From NCBI GenBank assembly GCA_963663405.2, contig CAXXSM010000165.1, forward strand, positions 1 through 42,669: 42,669 nt of DNA. The letters run 5' to 3'. Of this stretch, positions 18,788 to 28,323 are shown one piece after another. A model generated the notes under the pieces. That model ran no database searches, was not told the DNA's origin, and saw only the letters and a program-made list of their open reading frames with translations. Position 1 is the stretch's first letter; every line of letters begins with the position of its first letter. The position numbers and the translations under genes were made by a program. This DNA is from a bacterium. Lineage in GTDB: Bacteria; Hinthialibacterota; Hinthialibacteria; Hinthialibacterales; Hinthialibacteraceae.

Positions 18788-20239
18788 ATGAATATATCCA
18801 GAAAAGGGAAGAATGGATTATCGCGGCGGCGGTTTTTCGTGACCGCTGGGGGGGCTTTAGGGGCGTGTCTGTTGGCGGAAGGGGGATTTCCTTTTGCCGC
18901 GCGGGGGGAACGGAAGATCGTGGCCGCTGGGCCTGCGTCGAAGTACAAACCTAAAATCCAAGCCGCGTTCGTACGCCGGGAGAGTGAATACGGCATGCGG
19001 TGGCCCGGTCAGATTTACGATGGGAAGTCCGCGTTGAAGATGTATTTGGAATTATTCACATCAGCGGCGGAATCGATGGGCGCCCAACTCGATCTGCCAT
19101 CCAAACCGATTTACTCGCTGGAAGAAGCGGGGCAGTGGGTCGATCGGGCGAAAGCGGAAAAACCGGATGGATTGTTTGTAATTCTCCTCGACCGGCAAGA
19201 GCACGCCTGGCCTGCGGCGACACTGGCGGCGGAGAGCGGTATTCCCACCGTGATCTATTCACCTGTCGGCTCGTCTTTCACGACGAATACAGTAAAACTG
19301 GCCAAGCGGGATGGATTGTTTATCAGTTCGACCGATGACGCGCGGCAGCCGATTTATGGGATGAAGATGATTTGCGCCGCCGCCAAGTTGCGGGAGATGC
19401 GCTTTATCGTGCTGAAAGGCGACAAGCGCTATGACACAGCGATGGACTTTTTTAACACACGGCTGCGCTACGTTCCCGCCAATGCGTTTTTGGAAGAATA
19501 CCAGCGGACGCCAACGAATGAGGAAGTGAATGAAATCGCCAATCAATATATGAGAAACGCGAGGCGGATTCATGGCGCCCAGTTGGATGATGTGAAGAAC
19601 GGGGTGAAAAGTTATATCGTCGCCCGCACGATTCTGGAGCGGGAAGAAGGCGATGGGATCACGATGGATTGCCTGGGGGCGCTGGGTAAATCGAAAGTAA
19701 GTTTGCCCTGCATCGCCTGGTCGCGGATGCTCGATTGTGGAATCCCCGCCGCATGTGAGGCGGATCTCGGCGCGGCGCTTACGCACGCCGCCGTCCAGTA
19801 TCTCTTCGATCGGCCCGGATTCCAGCAAGATCCGGTCGCGGAGACTGCGAAGAACTGCCTGATCGGCGCGCACTGTACCTGCGCCACACGGTTGAATGGA
19901 TTCTCGCAGCCGCCGGAGCCGTATCACCTCTCGCATCATCATGGGAACCGCGACGCCGTTCCCATTCCTGAATGGCGTGTGGGGAATCTGATGACGTCGG
20001 CGGATATTGTTCCACGCAAAGACGCGGCTCCGCAGATGATTATCTCATCCGGCACGGTGGTTGATAATGTGTCCGTGCCGCCCGCTGGTGGGTGTGTGGT
20101 GTCCGTGATGGTGCAATTGGATGGAGTGGAGGAGTATCTCGATTACCCCGGCTTCCATCAAATCTTCTTCTATGGGGATTATAAGAAAGAACTTCGGGAT
20201 TATTGCCGGTTATATGGGATTGAACCGGTGGTTGTTTAG
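18788..20239 (+). CDS. Tat-exported L-fucose/L-arabinose isomerase-like protein
   Basis: SRRRFF Tat motif; GITMDCL..PCIAWS.M..GIPAACEADL, AHCT and GFH..FFYGD resemble the FucI-fold C-terminal region. Confidence 0.6.
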   Translation: MNISRKGKNGLSRRRFFVTAGGALGACLLAEGGFPFAARGERKIVAAGPASKYKPKIQAAFVRRESEYGMRWPGQIYDGKSALKMYLELFTSAAESMGAQLDLPSKPIYSLEEAGQWVDRAKAEKPDGLFVILLDRQEHAWPAATLAAESGIPTVIYSPVGSSFTTNTVKLAKRDGLFISSTDDARQPIYGMKMICAAAKLREMRFIVLKGDKRYDTAMDFFNTRLRYVPANAFLEEYQRTPTNEEVNEIANQYMRNARRIHGAQLDDVKNGVKSYIVARTILEREEGDGITMDCLGALGKSKVSLPCIAWSRMLDCGIPAACEADLGAALTHAAVQYLFDRPGFQQDPVAETAKNCLIGAHCTCATRLNGFSQPPEPYHLSHHHGNRDAVPIPEWRVGNLMTSADIVPRKDAAPQMIISSGTVVDNVSVPPAGGCVVSVMVQLDGVEEYLDYPGFHQIFFYGDYKKELRDYCRLYGIEPVVV

Positions 20240-20327
20240 GTAGGTGGTTAGGTTGAAGACTGAAGGCGGAAGGTTTTTTCTTTGGCCTTCGGCCTGCAGA
20301 GTGTTGTGATGTGGATATGGAAGTTTT

Positions 20328-20418
20328 TTGTCTGAACCTTGATTTGCTTGATTGACCTGATTTTCTTGATTTTTAAATCATGGTAATCCTATAATCCTTA
20401 GAATCAGGGTTCAGACAA
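20328..20418. repeat. 91-bp palindromic element with GATT periodicity
   Basis: Terminal inverted repeats TTGTCTGAACC(T/C)TGATT (16/17); GATT repeats on the left arm and AATC on the right; lies between convergent genes. Confidence 0.85.
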
Positions 20419-20441
20419 TTACACGCATGGAATTAAAATGT

Positions 20442-20472
20442 ATCCGAAGGGGCTTGTGGGGCCCCTTCGGAT
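20442..20472 (-). terminator. Terminator hairpin after WD40 gene 2
   Basis: 12-bp stem ATCCGAAGGGGC/GCCCCTTCGGAT, followed on the minus strand by ACATTTT. Confidence 0.75.
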
Positions 20473-20483
20473 TGTTGAGTTGA

Positions 20484-21539
20484 TTATTGATCCAGTGAAT
20501 CAAATGATTTGACTCCTGAGGTGAGATCGCTGATGTCCCAGATGTGGATATTCGAGCCGTTGACGGTTAGAAAGCGTTTGCCGTCCGGGAAAAACTGGAG
20601 ATAAGAATCGACGCTATCCGGCGCGTTTTTCTCCGCCTCGAGGGAGGTGGCGTACGACCGGATTTCCGAACCTGTTTCATTGTTGAAAATTCGGCGGTTG
20701 CGTACTTCTTTGGAGTATGAATCCTGATAGCCTCCTAATATTGCATATTTTCCATCCGGCGAGAGTGCTATCACATTAGATGAATGATGAAATCCAGGAA
20801 TCGTTCGTATTACTTCGCCAGTATTCACATCATAGATATTCCCAATACGGCTCAGTAGATATTTCCAATTACTAGAAATTCGACAACCACTACTTGGAAA
20901 TTCACCGATTTTTTCTCCTGTTTCGATATCAACTAGATATGCGCTACCAGATTCCTGCTTTAAAAAAGTCTTTCCATCTGGAGATACTTTGATGTATCTG
21001 ACATCTCCTCTAGGTTCATATCGCCGTATTTCTTTACCAGTTGTTGTATCCCACAATTGCACTTCTCCGTCACTATCACCCGTGATCAATTGCGAGCCGT
21101 CGGGAGTAAAATCACAGGCAGTGACACCAAGGATGTAATAAACAGATTGGGGATCCTTTGTCCATGTGAACGTTTTGATGATAAAAATGTTTTCTCCAGT
21201 GACCATATCCCAATATTGCCCACGGAAGTCAAATATTCCTGTAAATATATGTCTTCCATCAGGAGAAAAGACCGCGGATGATATCCAACTCGCATTATTC
21301 GTATAATGCAGGATTTCCCGGCCTGTTTCAGTATCCCATATTTTGGCGGTTTGAAGTCCTCCCAATAACTGTTTCCCGTCGGGTGAAATGGCGACTTTGA
21401 GTGAGAAATCACCTTCGTATTGGGTATTGATAGTTAAAAGCGGCTGCCCATAGGCTTTGCCAGCGGCGCCGATAAATGGAATGAGTAATGAAATCGCGAT
21501 CAGGTAAAGATTGGTTGTGTTTTTTCTGGAAATAAACAT
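20484..21539 (-). CDS. Secreted WD40 beta-propeller protein (paralogue 2)
   Basis: Signal peptide; repeated SPDG...WD units. Confidence 0.9.
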   Translation of the reverse strand: MFISRKNTTNLYLIAISLLIPFIGAAGKAYGQPLLTINTQYEGDFSLKVAISPDGKQLLGGLQTAKIWDTETGREILHYTNNASWISSAVFSPDGRHIFTGIFDFRGQYWDMVTGENIFIIKTFTWTKDPQSVYYILGVTACDFTPDGSQLITGDSDGEVQLWDTTTGKEIRRYEPRGDVRYIKVSPDGKTFLKQESGSAYLVDIETGEKIGEFPSSGCRISSNWKYLLSRIGNIYDVNTGEVIRTIPGFHHSSNVIALSPDGKYAILGGYQDSYSKEVRNRRIFNNETGSEIRSYATSLEAEKNAPDSVDSYLQFFPDGKRFLTVNGSNIHIWDISDLTSGVKSFDSLDQ

Positions 21540-21577
21540 GTTCTTTTTCTTGTCTACGCCATTCGTTATTTAAATGT

Positions 21578-21608
21578 ATCCGAAGGGGCTTGTGGAGCCC
21601 CTTCGGAT
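21578..21608 (-). terminator. Terminator hairpin after WD40 gene 1
   Basis: 13-bp stem, near-identical to 20442-20472. Confidence 0.75.
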
Positions 21609-21619
21609 TGTTGAGCTGA

Positions 21620-22672
21620 TTACTGATCCAGGGAATCAAATGATTTGACTCCTGAGGTGAGATCGCTGATATCCCAGATGTGGATATTCGAGCCGTTGAC
21701 GGTTAGAAAGCGTTTGCCGTCCGGGAAAAACTGGAGGTAAGAATCGACGCTGTTCGATGCGTTTTTCTCCACCTCGAGGGAGGTGGTATACGACCGGATC
21801 TCCGAACCGGTTTCATTGTTGAAGATTCTTCTGTTCGCTATTACTTTTTCTTGCTGGTCTGCCACGCCTCCGATAATGGAATATTTCCCATCAGGAGAGA
21901 TGGCAAGCGCTTTTGTCACATTAGGAAGAAGGGGAAACATTTGAATTTCATCACCTGTGTTGATATCAAATATTCGCAAGCACTGCCCCATATTTGAAAG
22001 CATATATTTCCAATCCTTGGAAATCGAACAATAGGCGCTTAAAAAATCATTGATAATCTCTCCTGTTTCCATATCAATAAGAAACGCTTGAGAAAAATCC
22101 TGCTTTAAAAAAGTCTTCCCATCTGGAGAAATCTTAATATATTGGACATAGCCTCTAGGTTCATACCGTCGAATTTCCTTTCCCGTCGCTGTATCCCACA
22201 ATTGCACTTCCCCGTTACTGTCACCAGTAATCAATTGTGAACCGTCGGGAGTGAAATCACAGGCGGTGATGCCATGGATGCTCATTACAGTTCGGGGATC
22301 CTTGGTATTTGTGAACGTTTCGATACTATAGATTTTTTCTCCTGCAATCATATCCCAATATTGTCCTACATATCCTGTTGATCCTGTGAATATGTGTCTT
22401 CCATCAGGGGAAAAGACTGATGAGGCAACTGTATTCTCAATATTTGGATAATGTAAGATTTCCCGACCTGTTTCCACATCCCATATTTTCACAGTATAAC
22501 GCCCCGTCAATAGCCGTTTTCCATCGGGAGAAAGAGCGATTTTAGGTGAGGCGTCACAATTGATGGTTAATATTGGCTGTCCATAAACTTTGTTAGCGGC
22601 ACCGATTAAAGGAATGATAAGCGAAAATACGATTGAGTAAAGAATAGATGTATTTCTTGTTATGATAAACAT
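21620..22672 (-). CDS. Secreted WD40 beta-propeller protein (paralogue 1)
   Basis: Signal peptide; SPDG...WD repeats; C-terminal 43 aa identical to paralogue 2. Confidence 0.9.
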   Translation of the reverse strand: MFIITRNTSILYSIVFSLIIPLIGAANKVYGQPILTINCDASPKIALSPDGKRLLTGRYTVKIWDVETGREILHYPNIENTVASSVFSPDGRHIFTGSTGYVGQYWDMIAGEKIYSIETFTNTKDPRTVMSIHGITACDFTPDGSQLITGDSNGEVQLWDTATGKEIRRYEPRGYVQYIKISPDGKTFLKQDFSQAFLIDMETGEIINDFLSAYCSISKDWKYMLSNMGQCLRIFDINTGDEIQMFPLLPNVTKALAISPDGKYSIIGGVADQQEKVIANRRIFNNETGSEIRSYTTSLEVEKNASNSVDSYLQFFPDGKRFLTVNGSNIHIWDISDLTSGVKSFDSLDQ

Positions 22673-22715
22673 GTTCTTTTTCCTTTCTTTTATAAATAAA
22701 TTATTTTTTTGGTAA

Positions 22716-25658
22716 TTAGGGCTCTACAAAGCGAATAAAAATTGGATTATCACTGACGATTTTGTGACTGTCATTAGTATCGTTGTCGGATATGGTAATT
22801 CTTGTTTTTCCCGACGTAGGTGTATTTGCCTGAACGGTCAAGGAATACTTGTTTGATTGGAGAGTAACTAAGGATGGTGGACTCGAATCGAAATCGAATT
22901 GGTAAACTGTTTCGTCGTATGAACCACCGAACACGGCATCCACATCTACCGTTCGACTACCACTTCCAGTACCAATGTATGATGTGTTGGGGACATAACG
23001 CCAAATGGCCACCCATGCTTCATCGGAATAGACGGTTTCTGGATCTCGCCATGCGCACCAAGCAGTATAATCGATAACTATTGGACCTGTTGTTTCATAT
23101 GGTGTAATGATAACATAATCATCACTATCCAATCCTAATGTACTGGATCCAAATAATTCACGTGGCACATACCTGATTTTCCGACTTGTACCATATCCGC
23201 TGTCATTGTTAAAAAAACCAGTGTCAATGACTACGCCATTCTTTGGATGTTGAAAATATTGGATATCCTTCCATCCAATTCCTGGCAAACAGGCGCCCGA
23301 TCCATCTCCCTGGATTGTCGCTTGCAAAAGAGTAGTGCGAAGATAATAAAGCGCTTGCGAGACCTGAGATGCGCCATATGCTCCCCAATCCGAACTTTGC
23401 GAGGGACTAAAGCCATATTCTGTGATGGAAAAATTGGGAATATAACCTTCATTATCGCAGATGTCGAATAGTTCATTTAATCGATATTTCATTTCGGTAT
23501 CTGGATAATCTTCGTCCGGAGCATCTCGAAATTCCGGATTGTACGGACCGGTATAAGTATGAATCGCAATTGTATCTGGCAGTTTATCATTGGTGTTATT
23601 GGCGTCTTCCTGACATTTATTGATAAATCCATGAATGAATTCACCACTGCTGCCAAAAGTTTCGTTATCAGCCCATGTTAGCGTACCATGTTTTTCGATG
23701 CTGCCTCCACTGATGATTTCTATCTTATCTCCCCAATCTTCAGTTTTGATCGCATCGAAGGCTTCAAGGTAATATTCCGCAAAAGATGCGCCATCAATCT
23801 CGTTTCCATACCAATATTCAGGTGGATTACCTTCTCCACTCCACCATTTACATTCTTCTTCGTTACCAAGTTCGATGGCTTGAATGGTATCACCTATCGC
23901 TCCAGGAATTTGGTCGTCGATATAATTCATGCGATATAGTATCCAATCAACGTATCCATCTTTATCGGCAGTGTATCTATTTGTGTTTTCATCTATTATG
24001 TCTTGTACGATCCAATGGGCGGATACATTTGTAATCACGACTCCACAAGCGAAAACTGGAATCACCTTTCTATCATTATCTTTCGCTTCAGAAATGAAAT
24101 TTCTGAATTCTTCTTTCAAATCACCAACAAACAATCGAATTCCTTCCAAATCATCGTCATACATGTGGTTTTGTCGATCTTCTATTCCATAATACTGCTC
24201 ATCAGTTGAGTTTCCCACATCGGCGCCAAAAAGCGACGGCCTATACGTGACATGTAGAATAGGTCTTCTGGTATAATTGATAGAATATTCCCTACAGCAA
24301 ACATACCAACAGGCGCCTGTACTGCTTGTCATCTTGGCCAAAAAACCAAGATTCTCAATATCCGATTTTGCGTTTACAAAATGGGATTTCAACGCTTGTG
24401 TTACGTCGAACTCGATCCATTGATTGCTTGAACTTGGTAGGTTTTGCGCTTTGCTGCAATAAGCAGGAAAAGCATAATCCCCACCACTCGTATCCCACGT
24501 GTTGGAAGAAGTACGATTATACCAATTGGAATTATATTCGGACCATGCATTGGTGACTTTATAAATCCGAGCGCTGGCCACATCGCCTGCACTTTTATAC
24601 GTCTCATACAGTTCTAGTGAAGCGGATACAATCGATGCTCCGACATCTAAGTCATCTACATCAAATCCGAATAAAAGATGATCGTTGTTGTTCCATATAA
24701 GAGATGTGGACATGCCATAATAACTTGAAGATTGATAGGCGAGCCGGGTATCTTGTATCCCGTCGTTGTAATCGAATTCCATGTTCGGATCAATGACCAA
24801 ATCCCCATCCGGCAGGTCTTGTAAATCCGCAAGAAACACGGATAGTTCCGCCAGACCGGGACCGTCTTCACGCAGCTGCCACCGATTCGCCGTCCGAAAA
24901 CGAATCTCTTCATCAATCACTTGTTTGCCTTCGGCATCCAGCAAATAGGTTTCCGCCGGCCGCAGGTGATGGACGGTTTCACCATCCTTCTCAAATACAA
25001 GGGATTGATCCAAGTTGAGATTCTCCGCGTACGGATTGACCTTCTCACCGTTCTGTTTCACCTCGCTGGTCAGCATGACGGCCTCGATGTCAAAACGGGC
25101 GGTGAGATAGTTTTCAGAGTTGATTTCACCTTTTTGCAGGACATCCTTTAAATCCCGCATGAATGAATTCCGCAGGATTACATCAACTTTCATGACGTCA
25201 GGGATGTACCGCACTTCCACATCCACATTTTCAAAGACGTCCAGCCAGCGGATGCGATCGCCGTTCACTTCAAAATTATTGAAGTCCGGCTTTCCTAAAT
25301 CCACGGCCTGAAACTGCGAACCACGCCCATAGCCGAGGCTCGAAAAGCGATAGGTGAACACATCACCTTTGTGATGAGCCTGAAAACGGCCATCGCGGCT
25401 TACAAACAGGCGCCAGATACCCGTCGTGACCTCATAATCCCAATCTGGATCGTCCGATAAACGAAGAGTAGTATCGGTTAGTTGCAACTTGCCGCTCTCG
25501 TCCGGATAATACTTCGGATAGCTGAAAAATGTCATCGTTCCAGGCTTGCTTTTCTCTACAGATTCCGAAACGGGCGCCGGATATTCTTGCGCATACGAAA
25601 CGGATGCTGCGAAAAGTAATCCAATGAAAAAGATCGAATTGCTTATACGAACGTTCAT
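22716..25658 (-). CDS. Large secreted protein: N-terminal domain + DNRLRE-like domain + clan GH-A-like TIM barrel
   Basis: Signal peptide from ATG 25658 (GGAGG RBS); LVIDP boundary; IVSASLELY..W..WYNR..W...GGD..WIEFDVT (DNRLRE-like); ELGNE, AIHTY and ITEYG (GH-A-like catalytic motifs). Confidence 0.7.
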   Translation of the reverse strand: MNVRISNSIFFIGLLFAASVSYAQEYPAPVSESVEKSKPGTMTFFSYPKYYPDESGKLQLTDTTLRLSDDPDWDYEVTTGIWRLFVSRDGRFQAHHKGDVFTYRFSSLGYGRGSQFQAVDLGKPDFNNFEVNGDRIRWLDVFENVDVEVRYIPDVMKVDVILRNSFMRDLKDVLQKGEINSENYLTARFDIEAVMLTSEVKQNGEKVNPYAENLNLDQSLVFEKDGETVHHLRPAETYLLDAEGKQVIDEEIRFRTANRWQLREDGPGLAELSVFLADLQDLPDGDLVIDPNMEFDYNDGIQDTRLAYQSSSYYGMSTSLIWNNNDHLLFGFDVDDLDVGASIVSASLELYETYKSAGDVASARIYKVTNAWSEYNSNWYNRTSSNTWDTSGGDYAFPAYCSKAQNLPSSSNQWIEFDVTQALKSHFVNAKSDIENLGFLAKMTSSTGACWYVCCREYSINYTRRPILHVTYRPSLFGADVGNSTDEQYYGIEDRQNHMYDDDLEGIRLFVGDLKEEFRNFISEAKDNDRKVIPVFACGVVITNVSAHWIVQDIIDENTNRYTADKDGYVDWILYRMNYIDDQIPGAIGDTIQAIELGNEEECKWWSGEGNPPEYWYGNEIDGASFAEYYLEAFDAIKTEDWGDKIEIISGGSIEKHGTLTWADNETFGSSGEFIHGFINKCQEDANNTNDKLPDTIAIHTYTGPYNPEFRDAPDEDYPDTEMKYRLNELFDICDNEGYIPNFSITEYGFSPSQSSDWGAYGASQVSQALYYLRTTLLQATIQGDGSGACLPGIGWKDIQYFQHPKNGVVIDTGFFNNDSGYGTSRKIRYVPRELFGSSTLGLDSDDYVIITPYETTGPIVIDYTAWCAWRDPETVYSDEAWVAIWRYVPNTSYIGTGSGSRTVDVDAVFGGSYDETVYQFDFDSSPPSLVTLQSNKYSLTVQANTPTSGKTRITISDNDTNDSHKIVSDNPIFIRFVEP

Positions 25659-25996
25659 AAGAACCTCCATTTTTTATTTTCAAAACTCTCTAAATTCGAT
25701 AAACTTTGTTGTATCCAATCAATGTTTATCAACAAAAATGGAGGAGGGCGGATACGGAGAGTAAGATTAAATTCTCCTTTACACCACCCAAGCGAACGTG
25801 ATATACTTTTACTAAGTCCGCACTTCATGTGTGGCCTTATTCCTTTCAGGGCATGCATCGGGTCGCCAAACCAAACGATGTATGCCCGATTATAATTAGG
25901 CTAAAAACTGATTATTGGTTATATTCTTATTCTTCACCCCCGATATACTGGAAAGATTTCTAAACTTGTAGAAGGGAACTATACCTCGCTACTACA

Positions 25997-26025
25997 AATA
26001 TAGAGTGTATAGTCTGATTCGTCAA
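25997..26025 (-). promoter_or_regulatory. Candidate sigma70 promoter for the 22716-25658 gene
   Basis: TTGACG-N17-TATATT on the minus strand with an AT-rich region upstream. Confidence 0.45.
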
Positions 26026-26233
26026 CAAAAAAATGGTTAATTTTACGATAATATTTTTTTTTGATATTTTAGTTATATTTTGATTAATAAAGGAATAATA
26101 TTTAACAAAGAATGATTTGTGATGTCAAGAAATGGGTTTTGTTAATTTGGATTGTTGTAAAGATTGTTAATAAATAGGTGTTATTTCTGGTAAATTAATA
26201 AATAATGTATTTGAATGAAAGTCAAAAGATGTT

Positions 26234-27424
26234 TCAGCTCTGATTGAAGCGTTTTTGGAGGAGGGCGTAGCGTTTGCGGACGAGTTTGATGTAGCGATGG
26301 CCGGCGGGGGGGATGCCGGTGCGGCCTACGCGGCCTGGACCTACGTTGTAGGCGGCGATGGCGGTGTCTGTGTCTTTGAATGTGCGGAGGAGGTAACTTA
26401 AGAATTGAGTGCCTCCGCGGATGTTTTCTTCGGGATCGAAGGGATCTTCCACATCTAAATCTTTGGCGGTCATGGGGGCGAGCTGCATCAATCCTTGGTC
26501 GCCTGTGTGGGAAACCGCTGTTGTTTTCCATGAAGATTCGACATCGATGACCGCCCAGACTAAAAGGGGATCGATGTCATTTTTTTCGGCGTAATAATCG
26601 ACGTGACGGATCAATTCCATCGGCGGGAGTTCTTCCCCTTTCCGCTGGGCGATTTGCACTTTTTGGAGGAATTGAGTTGAGCCTTTTGAGACGGGTTTCT
26701 GGATGGTTTTGCGGGGCAGGTTAGCGAGTGTGTCAGAGCCGTAGCGGATCCATCGCCGTTTGAGTTCCACGAGTTCATCGCGGACTTTGTTCCATTCTTC
26801 GGGGTTGACATTGTATTTCTCCGCGAGGGCTAAATGGCGCTCCGCCTCGCTGATGTGGAGATGGTCGATCCGTTCACGGGCCATGAGCAGATGGAGGCGG
26901 CCCCGGTAACTGCCCCAATATTCGTCATCTGTGCTATAGCGCCGTTGGAGTTCGTTGATTCCCGCTTGAATGCCCCGTTGTTGTACGATGCGTTCGATCT
27001 GCCGTTCTTCGAGTTCTTTCTTTTTTTGATATTCTTCCTTGCGGATTCGCAGCAATTCACGTATGGCGCTTTCGCTCTCATTTTTCCAAGTGGAATAGGT
27101 GGACGCTTTGCGCAGGAATTTTTCCGCCCTATTGAGTTGTTTTCGATCCAGCAGATTCAGCCCTAAGAGAATGGCGCTTTCACCCGGCTGGGCGCGGACG
27201 ATATCTTTAACGGAGGATGGTGGGATAATTACGGTTCCGCCCACCGTTTCCACATGGATCGAATGGCGGGTTTCCGAGATGATATATCCTTTCACGCGCG
27301 CGCCGGATTCTAGATTGACGCAATCGAATTCCACCGGTTTCTTGGCGAACGCTTGATCCTGCGCTCCAATGAGAAGCAGGCTGTACAGCCAAACGAGGGT
27401 TACTAATTTGATGATCGGTTTCAT
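26234..27424 (-). CDS. Lytic transglycosylase (SLT domain) with an N-terminal accessory region
   Basis: VIDVESS (catalytic Glu), GLMQL, ENIRGG..L, AIAAYNVG; signal peptide; ATGA overlap with DUF58. Confidence 0.9.
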   Translation of the reverse strand: MKPIIKLVTLVWLYSLLLIGAQDQAFAKKPVEFDCVNLESGARVKGYIISETRHSIHVETVGGTVIIPPSSVKDIVRAQPGESAILLGLNLLDRKQLNRAEKFLRKASTYSTWKNESESAIRELLRIRKEEYQKKKELEERQIERIVQQRGIQAGINELQRRYSTDDEYWGSYRGRLHLLMARERIDHLHISEAERHLALAEKYNVNPEEWNKVRDELVELKRRWIRYGSDTLANLPRKTIQKPVSKGSTQFLQKVQIAQRKGEELPPMELIRHVDYYAEKNDIDPLLVWAVIDVESSWKTTAVSHTGDQGLMQLAPMTAKDLDVEDPFDPEENIRGGTQFLSYLLRTFKDTDTAIAAYNVGPGRVGRTGIPPAGHRYIKLVRKRYALLQKRFNQS

Positions 27425-28323
27425 ACGCTCATAGATGTTTTCATCCGCCGTTGGAGGTATTTGCGCAGAACCTCTTCCAATGGACGATCGGTTGAAATAA
27501 ATTGATAGTCTATATCCAGTTCCATGCAGCCGTTTTTGTACGCGTCTAGAAATTCCACGATACGCCGGCGGTAAGATTTAAGCAACCGTTTCGGCGCTGT
27601 CAGTAAAGATTCCTGGGCGCCTTCTAATGGATGGAATTCGACCATGCCGTGATAGGGCAGGTTGACTTCCTCCGGCGCCAAAAGGTGAAAGACGAGAATT
27701 TCCTGATGGCGTTTGCGGAGCAGGGCAAGGCTATTTAATACAACGGATGGATCATCGATCAGGTCAGAGATCAGGATGACCATGCCGCGTTTTTTTAAAT
27801 GTTCTCCCATTCCGGACAGGATATCGGCGATATTGGATTCGTCCTGGTTCAACTTCGTTTTCGCCAACGCTTCAATGAGGGCGCTCCATTGATCCGAACG
27901 GGCGCCGGGGGGAATGAACGAACGGACCTCGCGGTCGAAAACGGCCAATCCAACGCTGTCACCTTGTCCCAACATTAAATAAGATAATGTAGCGGCGAGG
28001 CGCCGGGCGTAATCGGCTTTGGAAAGGGTCGAATCTTTGAAATTCATGGATGCGCTGAGATCAGTGAGAATTAATGCGCGCAGATTGGTGTCTTCTTCGA
28101 AGAGTTTAATATGAAAGCGGTCGGTCTTTGCGAAAACACGCCAATCGATATGGCGGAGTTCATCACCGGGATTGTATGGGCGGTGTTCGCTGAATTCCAC
28201 GTTGCGGCCTAAGTAATGGCTGTGGTGAAGGCCGGAAACGGTTCCTTCCACCGCCTGCCGGGCGATGAGTTCCAAATGAGCGATCGAAGACAGGACCGCT
28301 GGATCGACGAAATGTTCATTCAT
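27421..28323 (-). CDS. DUF58 domain (vWA-like, MoxR-associated family) protein
   Basis: GLHHS..G..VEFSEHRPYNPGDELRHIDW, DLSASM, LISDL. Confidence 0.92.
   Translation of the reverse strand: MNEHFVDPAVLSSIAHLELIARQAVEGTVSGLHHSHYLGRNVEFSEHRPYNPGDELRHIDWRVFAKTDRFHIKLFEEDTNLRALILTDLSASMNFKDSTLSKADYARRLAATLSYLMLGQGDSVGLAVFDREVRSFIPPGARSDQWSALIEALAKTKLNQDESNIADILSGMGEHLKKRGMVILISDLIDDPSVVLNSLALLRKRHQEILVFHLLAPEEVNLPYHGMVEFHPLEGAQESLLTAPKRLLKSYRRRIVEFLDAYKNGCMELDIDYQFISTDRPLEEVLRKYLQRRMKTSMSV

Noticed and set aside
20484-22672. Diversity-generating retroelement TR/VR pair
   Set aside because: No reverse transcriptase nearby, both copies are full genes, and the differences are not adenine-specific.
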